This document shows positions 27,801 through 39,800 of a stretch of DNA of 64,000 nucleotides, piece by piece (position 1 is the first letter of the stretch; every line of letters begins with the position of its first letter). Location: the NCBI RefSeq assembly GCF_964355755.1, contig NC_092672.1, positions 30,448,437-30,512,436 of the forward strand. The letters run 5' to 3'. A program made the position numbers and the translations under genes. Below the pieces are notes generated by a model, which searched no databases, was not told the DNA's origin, and saw only the letters and a program-made list of their open reading frames with translations. This stretch comes from Antedon mediterranea. Taxonomy: Eukaryota > Animalia > Echinodermata.

Positions 27801-30800
27801 AACAAAATCATCCCTTGGTAGCACGGGTTGATACGGTGCAAGCAGGTAATCTGGAAAGTCTACATTCTGATGCTTTACCAAGAAAAGTTTTAAAAGCTAT
27901 GCAACCAACCTGATATCTTGCGCAATATATGCATCTTAATAAAACCATATTTAATTGAAAAGTCACCAACGAAACTGTTTGTCAAATAGATTAGTTTAGG
28001 CCTAATGTCGAAAAAAATGTAATTTTCAACAGATGCACATTACTATTTTGATGATGCCCTCTTGAAATGTGTTAATCACATCAAAAGCTGGTACACCTTT
28101 GCTTTGGTTACTCAGAAAAGATAACCAACATTAATGTAACCAGACTCAAATTTGGTAAAAAAAATTGTTTAAACTCACTATTTTCTAAAACTAAAAGAAT
28201 TCATTACGTTTACTTGATCCTCAATTTCCTTTAGGTTCAAGTTGAGCATGAGGTCATGGCTAAAGTGCATGTACTTGACGCATCAAACAATCCACTAGTC
28301 GCATCTGTTTCAGAACTTGTTGGGTTGAAGCTAACTGCAGGCTCTGAAATCGTCTCCATCAGGTTTGTACAACATTCCTTAAGCTTGTTTACACTATCAA
28401 ACTTTATGTGACACGCCCATATATGCACATGATGATGTCATATCACTACCATATTTGGTCATATTACTACCGTATTTGGGCACATTACAATTTTTATGTC
28501 AAACTAGTTTGATAGTGTGGACAGAGCTTTAAAATACCATCCAAACAACACTACCTGTAAATGTGTTGATCAGTCAAGCTTAACTTTTAAATTATCCAAA
28601 AATAGATACCAAGGCAATCTAACAAAAGGACACTGAGCTCGCCTTGCCAAGATAGGAACTATTAACAGTCCTTTGATCTTAGGTCTTAGGTTAGGTGTGA
28701 CAAATACCAACAGTACTGTAGGTACATATTCTCGGCAGCACACGGTGCAGCTACACATAAATCCTTTCATCTCGGGAGCTTTACCATCCTGTTGAAATTG
28801 CCTTGTAGACACTAAGATGCATTGTTAGTTACTTCCAAGTATTCCTTCTCTAATACCAACACTGGCCATTTTAATCATCCTTGCACACACTGCACACGAT
28901 CATTGCCCAATAAAAAGGGATTTCTTTTGCATGCATTTGTAGCAGCCAGAACTTAACTGTACCCACGTAGTCATCCGTACACAATGGACAGCAAAAGAAG
29001 ATTTTTTGTTTAAATGACATTTCTGAACTTTGTTTTAGTATATTACATTTTTTTTAATCCTTTTTTTTAATTATTTTTCTTAACATTTTTGTTTTCTAGG
29101 CCATTTATTCATACCTCATCTGACCCCAATGTGTCGCAGTTTGTTATTCATGGTAGAAACCTAGGCAGCACTAACCTTGTAGCCTCTGCATCTATACATG
29201 ATAGGCAGATCAACAGCAAGGTTAAGACCATACAGGTTAGAGAAGTATTAGTAATTGATAGAATATTGTACTTTAGTTGATAATACAATATTGAGATACA
29301 ATACATACTCTATCGAAATACATGCGGGCATTCTGCCTTTAAATCTGTTGCAAACACAAAATGTGGGGAGCCCTCATAAAATAAGGACAATGTTAAAATA
29401 CAAGAAGAAAATTATAATAAAATTTTATAATAAAAAAAAGATATTTCAAAATAAAATAAATCTTAATTTTTTAAGTTTCGGGCAAGAGTTGTAAAAAGAC
29501 TTCTCAAACCCAATTAATTTTTAGATTTGTTTGTTTTATGTGTTGCTCTTCATAAATATATAAACAGGATGACAGCAAGAGGAAAACCCTATAAGCTTCC
29601 GACATTTAAAGAAAAAAAACAGACATAAAAAATCTTAATTAATAAATAAATCTTAATTAAGTTATAAATTGCATTTATGTTTGTGAAGTTGTATTGAGTT
29701 TAACATTTGCGTTTAATTTTATTATGTTAGACTTTTGAAATGGTTTTAAAATTTTTTTTTCATGCCTTGTAGGTATTTCCTCCTCTTCGCCTCAACCCAA
29801 GAAACATCACTCTGCTAGTTGGATCATTGTTTCAGGTATTTATTATTTCAAATTATGCGAAAAAACATTTTTTAATATTCCACTTATCTTTTTTCGAAAA
29901 GTTGTATTAATCAAAAGGATTTTTAAATTATTTTAGGTACGCAGCACGGGTGGTCCTCAGCCACAGTCGCTAGTAGAGTTCAGCATAGGCCAGCAACGGA
30001 TTGCCAGCATCAGTAGTAGTGGTATTGTGGAGGCCCTCAATTTAGGCCATACACGAGTTACAGGAAAGGCTGTTGGAAGTGATGAAAATGGTGGAAGTGT
30101 TGTTTATTCTGAGGTACGAGTTATAATTGAATTTTCTAACTAACGTTTAGGCTCATACAAGCCCATATTTTCTGCAAAACCTATTCTCAGTTACATTTTT
30201 AATTAATCAAGGTTCTTGGTTATCAGGTTTTCTTTTCAATGATGATGATATGAAAACATGAATCCCTGGGCTTACAGAATCAGTTGCCCTCAGTGCAAAG
30301 CAAACCAAAATGAATATAGGACAAATAAAAATGGTTGGTCCCAATGGGCAACCAATGTTTTGCATCAGTGTCAGTCACCAAGAAATTAAGAGGGCAATAC
30401 ATTCTCAGATACTAGACAATTAACAAAATCTATTTTGATTTTGCATTACGTTAAGTCTGAAATATTCAGTGAAATGAATATACATTAATAAACAATTTAC
30501 AGTCAAATAAATAAGTAACTTTTCTTTTGTTTTATTTTCTGCAGGATTATGTGGACGTGTCCGTAATTAGCCTGGAAGACGTCCGTATATCTGCACCACT
30601 CCTTCGGTTACAGACACAGTCTGAAATGCCTGTGTACGCAACAGGCCTATCAGATAGTGAGTCACCGTTTACCCTTGGCAGTACTACTCCTCCTCTACTC
30701 TTTGAATGGAGTGTCAGCAATGAGGATGTTATCACTGTTGAGCCTGTATTTGCCCAGGTATGTGAATTTACCTCTTTCTTTATTTTGTTTTCTCTTGTGA

Positions 30801-33800
30801 TAAACAACGGATATTAAAATGAATACACAAAATAATGCTAATAGATAATATTTTGGTATTGTGTTAAAAATCCCTATACATGATAAAACAAGGAATATCT
30901 CTTTTTTTGTCAAAAAATAATATATTACATACTCAAATTATGTTTTGTCAAACGTTTTACGAAACGAAACATGAAATAAATAAACCAAACAATACATCAT
31001 TGTAAAATTGAGTTAATTTATGTTTAATTATCAGCTATTTTTAATTGGAATTAAATCTGGATTAAATCCTTTTAAAGAGACACTTTCCCAAGACACAAAT
31101 GAGAGTTATATGTTTTGACATTAGGGCTAATCCGTATTTAGAGGATACCCCTATTAAAGGGACAGTAAGATGTCCCCTTAATGGAGTTCTATTGTGTATG
31201 CAGACAACTTATTTCAAAATTGTCTCCAGCAGTAAGTTTGTAGTATGCCTGTTTTCTATATTATTATTATATATATTATATAAGAATTGTTTTTGTTTGT
31301 ACTATAGAGTGGTGTGTATTATAAAGCACAGCACAATGTTGCAATGAGAGTGCGTACGAGGAACGCAGGGGAGGCGTTGCTAAGATTGCGAGTATCGCAA
31401 AGTCCTGGAGCTTTTAACCAGATATCAAACAATGCAGTGCTTGTCGATGAAGTTCAAATTCAGGTATGTGACATTCTTTTTGTGGTTTTCATCAGTTAAC
31501 ATCGGTTTTTATGCAAATGAGTGAGCTCAGCACTTAACTATTATACAAATAATAAATGTTTATTACTGCAATGGAGGAAAATCATTTTACCGAATGAAAT
31601 TATTTGCCCCATTTCACAAATATAAAACATTTATTAAACATTTTAACAAGAGGCCTACACCATTCGAGAAGGCAGAAATCGAAAAACACACAGAAGAAAC
31701 TTTTTGATTAAGAATAGGGAATAATAATCATTCAGATATAAATAAAAAACTTATTGTCCATATTGTTTCGCTTTCTCAGTAAAAAACAAAACTAACAGAA
31801 CCGATTTTACTATCATTGTTTTTCAGGTCTTTGAAAAGCTTTCCCTAACACATCCTACAAACTGTGATAGTACATTCTTGATGACCCCAAACACAAATGG
31901 ATTGATCAAAACAAACAGGTATGGTACAATATTGATTGGTGAAACAGAAACCATACATTATAATTTTGCTCATTTTAAATGAATAAATGTGTGTATGTTA
32001 GAATTTTTCTCATTTTCACCGTTTCTTGTTTAAAAGAATCAATCATTTTATTTATTTTACTTGTTTATTATACAAATATAAGATTGTTTATTGTTACTGT
32101 CTACACTATCAAACTAGTTTGACAAAAAAGTGTGATGTGCCCAAATATGGTAGTAATATGACATCATCATGTCCATATATGGGCACATCACATTTTTAAT
32201 CACATAAAGTTTGATAATGTGGACAGAGCTTTAAGTTCATTTTGCATCAAATGTTCTTATAATATTGTTGTAATTATCTTTCAGAGATGGGTCTGCTACT
32301 ATATCTTACAGTATTCTTGGTGACCAAGCATCATCTATTGTCACTGTCAATCATCAGGGTGTAGTGACGTCCAGTGATGCCCTTGGTCAAGTGTCCGTGC
32401 TTGTCGTCGCACATGAACGGTTCGGATTGAACCAGTCAACCATTGTTCTTGTAAAGGTAAAAATAACTTTATCCATAATATTGTATTTTAGAGAACAGTT
32501 TCCTCTCAATGATCTATTTTAGTATTTATATTGTATCTTTTTGCTTTGTTAATACAATGTCGCTACATTGTAATATTCATATATATTCTTGGTAACAATT
32601 TTATTTAAATTTGTCATTTTGTTGTTTTTTAATATTTTCATTAATACAACTTTTATCTTATTTGCTTTTTTCTTATACTATGACAATATTTCATTATCAC
32701 CTTTCATCTCAAAGTACTGTTAAAGATATATTGTCCCCCTAAAAAAATATTTTTTTTTATTTTTTTGTTGAATATGTTATTTTAATGTCACATAATAGTT
32801 ATTCACTCTCACAAAAAATTGGGTCTGAAAAAAATTTATTTACCTGAGAAAAATGTAATTTAAAGCAAAAAATGGTCAAATTGTCTGGAGGACAATGAGT
32901 TTTTGGGTAATTTAACTGTTTATTTTGTCTTTTTATAGGGAAATAATTTTTTTCCCCCCGTTTTTTTTTCTTATGGAAGTGAACAACTTCATTAAAACTG
33001 CAAAATGGCCTATTCAAAGTCCGATTTTAAAAATCTTTATTTTTCATGATTTTGGGAGACAATACATCTTTAAAGATGTATTGTCTATATTTTTTTTGAG
33101 TGGAGCTGTGGCTTGGTGGGAGTGGAGCTGTGGCTTGGTGGTTATGATGCTTGGCTACCAATCTAAGGGTCCTGGGTTCAAGTCCTGTCATATGTCAGGG
33201 TTTTTTCTCACGACAATTTACAACTCCACTCCCAAAGACTCAATAATAAGTCTTTGTTTATGTAGAGCATCTTGTGTATATGTTTGTCTTGTGAAATTAT
33301 TAAATAGTTTATCCATCCTGTAATTGGCGGGTTACTCGCTGTTGGATGAGTATGAAATAAAATAAAATAAAAATAAAATAAAATAAAATTTATTCCAGTT
33401 TTTGGGCACATTGAATAATTATTATATGACATTAAAATGGTATATTCAGGAGGAAAAAACAAAATTGAGGGGGGGGGGGACAGTCACAATATGTCTTTAA
33501 AGAACATTGATATTAAGAAGTATTTTATTTTATATATATTTTTATATATCTAATTATGTTCAGGTGAAGCCTGTCTTGTATGTCTACATCAACTGCGATA
33601 CAAAGTTAACGACCACAGACAAGAAACTACACGTCTTCCCAGTCGGTCTAAATTTAGAGTTTTCAACAAGTTTTTACGACAACGTTGGTGCCAAGTTTGA
33701 CTCAACTAACATTAATGTTGAGCATCGACTTAATAGGTTCGTTATTTTTTATCATGTTCATTTAACATGTCATACAAAGTAATTGCTGTTTAGTCATGTG

Positions 33801-36800
33801 TCATAAAAAATAATTGCTAAATGTGTCTGTGAAATATCAGTAAGTGGATATAGGCCATTGCTTCTGAAATAAAGTAAAGATTTCCCTTAATATATAAAAA
33901 ATTATTGTCTTTGCTCAATTGAGCTTTGTCAGAAATGATCCTGTAACTGGGTCATTCCATCTCAGTTCACCAAAAAAAAAGATGCATTTTTAAACCCTAC
34001 ATCCTTCAGTTTACATGGAGTTTCGCCAAATTTTCAAATTTTAACTTCATCAGACTAGTCTTTGAGATATTGCAATTTAAATTTTTCATTTTTTTTGGCG
34101 GAAAATGTTGCGGCCGCCACATTTCAAATAGCCATATCTCTAGATATACAGGTTTAATTTTGAAAACCAAGGTATTTTTGTAAAATAAAGATTTAGTATT
34201 ATTGTGTTTTTGTGTACTCTTGTATTGGGTGAAACTTGGAGTGATATTTTGACCGTGAAATTTACGTTGAAAGGAGGTATGGTTTAACTGATTGGGTGAT
34301 CTGAGATGGAATGACCGAACTGCAACTAGATAAAATGAATTGTACATCCCTTTGTTTCTAAACATAGAAAAAAAATGTTAATGATGTTGTGTGAATAATA
34401 CTCTGTGATGGTCATGATAGGCATTAAAATAAAAAGTGAGATTTTTAGATTTAGCACACATCCTCAAATTGTGACCCACTCGCTGTTTTTTGTCATTATG
34501 TTATCGTCTTGTACACAACAACTTAAAAATAAACAACTACATAAATTTCTATTTCTTGTTGCGTTTGGATAAATAAATGTAAACTGGTAAACTGGAATTT
34601 AATTATATTGAATGTTGAAGGTACATGTATTGTAGAATGTAAAGTACCTCTAGCCTGTGTTTTAACTGTGTTCTTTCTTTCAAGGTATGACCTCTTGCAA
34701 CTTCAGCCTGGTGTGGTTAACATTTCTTTTGTTGCTAGAGTCGCCCATCAAGGAAGCTCACTGTTTAAGGTAAATATTAAAAATGATTCTGCGAATACTC
34801 AAAAGATATTAGTATATTATCACGTCATTTAAGGGGGTTCTTTACGAAAACTAACTCACTCGCACCACATCCCACCAAAGTGCTTTAGTCTTCAAGTCTG
34901 AAGTTTGCACTAAATTGGAAGAAGAAGAAGAAGAAGAAGTCATAAAAACAAGAGGTAGCTAATATCTCTTAAAAAGTCCAACCTAAATTTGAAATAAATT
35001 GTTAACATTTTTTTAATTGACTTTCAGGTTTGGGATCAAAGGAACCCAAGAATAGAAGATTATGCCAGTGTAGCAGTTGGTAGTATTATCACATCGGAGC
35101 AGCCAGTCACATTTGGGGATGTTCTCAAATTTACAACTCCTCTTCTTACAGGAGAAGGTAATTATTTATTTGTAAAAATGTATTGTTCCCCAAAAACATG
35201 AAAAATGAAGATTAATAAATAAAGACTTCAAAATAGGCTATTTTGCAGTTTTAAAAATAATTAATAAATTCCGTTGAAAAAAAAGATAATGTAAAAAGTT
35301 AAATTCAACCAAAAACCCTAATTAGTTTTTTCAGGTAAATAATTATATTTTCGATTCAATTTTTGGTAAACGAGAATAACCTTTATGTGGCACTAAAATA
35401 GCATTTATCAATTAGTTTATTGTATATTTAGGCTATCTTGTTTTTGATTTTTTTTTGTCTCATAATAATGGTCTGTGTTTTACAGGCCAAAGAGGAACAT
35501 GGTCATCATCTGACCCCTCAGTCTTAAGAATCAACTCCGATGGTGTAGCCATAGCTACTGGTCCTGGCACAAGCACATTAGAACTTAATCTTGCCGATGG
35601 CTTTGTAACTCAGGGACAGGTATGTCTAGAAAGGCTAAATTGTTTGAAATACAATTTACTGATTTATCACAAATAACATGTAACCAAACAAATTGATTTA
35701 TAGACTTCCTCATATTTGTAATCCAATACCCTGCAAACTGATGACAGACATTTGTAAATATCCAGAAAATTGATAATAAACTTCCCAATATTTTTTAATC
35801 AAATAGCCTGCACACTGAGTATGTGTCCCAAAAATCTGAGTATATCCCTCCCAAAATTTGTAATCCATTAGCCCTAAATTTTACGATAGACCTCCTCAAA
35901 TTTGTTAATGATTTGGTTTGCTACGTAATGTTTCAGGTCACGGTCAAAGAAATTGAGAGAGTTTCTCTTGATTTAAGCAATCTGCCAGTATTAAGCAACG
36001 TTCAACAAGATTCACCTATTGAAGTTAATGTTGATTTTGGTAATACGAATAATGGTAAGTAGCATGCTATTGTCTCATTAAGTTCTGTCTACACTATCAA
36101 AATAGTTTGACGACAAAAAAAAGTTGTATATGCCCAAATATGGTACAGTAGTGATTTGCCCAAATATGGTAGTGATGTGCCCAAATATGGTAGTGATATG
36201 AGATCATCATGTCCAGGTACACATAACAATGTTTGTCACATAAAGTTTGATAGTGTAGACAGAGCTTTACAAGGGTTGTGTACTGCAGATTTAGTGCTGT
36301 GTTTATAGTTCAACTGCTGTATATTTCACCTTGGCTATATCTCCACTATTTAACCTCTTTGTAAAACACACGATCGTGCACACACAACCACTTACTATCT
36401 AACTCCCACCCTTAAGGCCAATTCAGGCAGCATCGTGCAACAAGGCCCAAGGAAACAAAATTAAAAGACCTAAAAACTACGGCTGACACCATCTCAAGAC
36501 GTCTTGTCTGGATTCAACTCAGAATGGTACACCTAATGGCATGAGGTGAAAGATTATTAATTAAAAGTACTATTTGACTGACTCGTCGTTCTACTCATAT
36601 CTGAGTACTCGTGACTATTCTGATGAGGTGTCTCCATTCTTGCCGATCTTGAAAAGTACTATTTAATAATTGTTAAATAGTGCATATTAATGCATGCCAT
36701 GTGACCCAAAATCGTCCAAGAGACAAAAATCAAAAAGACTGGATTTTTTTTAGATGTTAAAAAAAAAGTCAAACTAATACATATTAAATTGGTGTATTCA

Positions 36801-39800
36801 AATGATTTTTTTCTTTTGTTATTAGATGTGGATTCTGACATCATCAAGCAGGTAGCAGGGTTGGTTCAACCAATGTTTAAATGTAGTCTGCATCCTGTAC
36901 GACCAAACACGCCAGAGCTTGCACTATTCAATGTATATCCAGCTTTTAATACAGTTACTGGTATGTTTTAGTGTGCAAGATTTAAATGGTTTTTTTTTTA
37001 TTAGTGGAGCTGTAGTTTATCCATCCTCTGTAATTGGCGAGTTGCTCGCTGTTGGATGCATATGAATTTAAAAAAAATGTTTTAATTTTTTAACCTTTTC
37101 AACAATCGAGAAAAGTCTGTTTGTGGAGAGTTTCTGGTTTTCAAAGAGTCCGGTATTGGGAGATTTGACTGTATTGCCTTCGTTTGGTGCGGAAGATTAA
37201 TGTGTATTAATATATACTGTATCAAATTATCAATACAATACAGGTGTTTAATAGGATGTGCATGTGCTCAACTATTGATATGGAAAGTTAGGTTAGAATC
37301 TCACCTGGGGAGAAATGCAAATATTTCATTTGTCTTGCACATGTATTATAGTTTGTTACTTTTATCGAGAATTTTTGTTGATTGAAAATTGTTTTTTCTT
37401 TTTATTCAAATATTGAGTGAGCATCAGTGACTATTTGTTTTTTTTAGGTAAATATTACTGTGGAATTCGACAGATATCTGACCAGGCTGTCCGTTTCAAA
37501 TCTAAATCAGAAACCCAATTCAATTTAAAAGTGACCGTTGATAGTCAACGACGACAGAAAACTGTGCAATCAACTCCAGTCACTCTAACCTTTCTACCAG
37601 GATTCCAGGTTCATTCCCCGCAAAATTCAAAACTTACAAGTAAAAACCGGAACATTGAATTGTTAGTGTCTGGACCAGAGAAAGTACTACAGAATTTAAA
37701 GGTTAGCAAATATTTTAAAATAAATTATAATATATATATATATACAGTTTTGTATTCTATAATCAGAAACAACATACTTATATCTATATATTTTTTTACT
37801 AAATTGAAAATGACCTTTTAAGTGTATCTAAATATTTTTATTATCAAGATACTGATTTATAGTGGCCCGTCTCTTATGGTTTTTGTTGTTTTGTTTATGT
37901 CCTTTATTATTTTATTTTCCGCTATGTATTGCTATTTCATTGTTTGTACTGTATTGAGTATTACGGTGTCACGTCACAACGATAGAGGGCGCTGCATGGT
38001 TGCTAGACAACCAAAAAATGCGTTCAGTGCCACTATGTTGATAAACAGTAAAGATCTGTGTTTCTATCAAATTATGTACCATAGCTTGATTTTTTTAAAC
38101 TTAAACTGTAGTTGAAGAATAAGTAGATTATTAAAAACAAATATTTAGTGATCTTTTGAAATTTCAGTTTGTTTGTATTGAAAATTATTAAGTTTTAAAA
38201 TGACTACTTCAATAAGCCTATTCCAAACCATTGGTGATATTGGAGTCACTCAGGCAGGCTAAACGCAACCACGCAGCGCCCCCTACCGTCGTGACGTCAG
38301 CACCGTGATACTCTATACACTGTAAAGTATTTGTTAGCATGAGGCAAACCCTCGATTAGCGAAAACTATTTTATTTGCTCCAATATGCTATTGCTGAATA
38401 AATAAAGAATATATATGTATACAGTTGAAGGAAAGAAATAGGTGCTGCATAGGCAGGATCATGTATAAAAATAACAACAAAGTTCTTGTTTCTGCCTCAA
38501 AATAAAATATTTATTGTACTAATACTTTCGACCATAGGTCATCATCAGGTACTGAAAAATTAGAATTATTGTATGGTAAATTACCTCCCGTAAGCGGGCC
38601 ACCGAAAAATTTGTATTGACTTTTGACAACAAAAATACAATTTTATACTTTAAGTTTACTTTACGTTTTTAAAAACATTTCTGTGAAGAACATTCCTGTG
38701 TTTTTGAGAAAAGTGAGAAAACTACATTGATTTTGACCGACCATTTTCATATGATAAAAGCTTTTAAAAATTTGTCTGAAAATCATAAATAATACTAAAC
38801 CACCTGATCATAAACAATAAAATAGAATTTAAGAACACCATAAAAATATCGTGCATAGCCATAATCTGTGATTTTGGCCATCTATCCTATGATATGATCT
38901 TTTGTAATAGTCTATATATTACCCTTTTAGACACGCACCATACAAAACGGCAGTGTTGACGGTGTAACTCCCTTTCTAGGCAATTTAAAAGTGGTAGGCC
39001 TACTAGTTGCTATTTCAGGTAAAGAGCAGCATCTCTACATGTGTTTATGTAGACAATAATGGCTAAACGTTCCATCCGAAGGACAAGGGAGTGAGTTTTA
39101 AGTTACAATTAAAAAAAACGTGTACCTTCCACGCACAGGTTTGGTAAATACTATTACACCATATCCCTCAAATAAATATTTTTTTAAACTTAGATATCGT
39201 GGAATGATACATCGTTGATTAATATCGGCTCACCTGTTGTGAAAGGTGGAGGGTCTGTAGCTTACCAGGTTCAACTCCTAGATGGCGCTCAACCAATTGT
39301 CCGAGAGACCACCACCAATATAGAATTCTATTGTGAAGTTATTAACTTAGCACAAGTTATTAGTATCAAAGTTACAACAGTTATTGAGGAAAATGTAATA
39401 AAAGGTTAGTATTTTACATGCAAATCGTTACTAAGTGTGGTTCCAACTAGAACGTAATGTAAAGCAGCGATGTATCGACCCAAGATGCTGTATTGCGTAA
39501 TGACAAGTGGGAACCGACGACGCAACAGTGTTGCAAACATCGGTAAAGCGTGGTTCCCACTAGAACGTAATACATTGTGACGTATTGACGAGTGGGGAAC
39601 CCACGACGCAACAGTGCTGCAAATATCGCTCTGGGAAATCAAATCAGTTTGATTTCACACAACAACATAAGGCAAAACCGTAAAACATAGTGCAGCACAT
39701 ACTCAATATTGGAAGGGCATTTCCTTAAGTTGCGTCGGTTGCGTTACGTTGCGTCGCTAGTGGGAACCAAGATTCAGAGAAGGGATGAAAAGGGTCTAGA

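Noticed and set aside
33099-33190. tRNA gene
   Set aside because: A and B boxes are present but there is no clean cloverleaf. It continues into a repeated body and A-rich tail, so it is a SINE.
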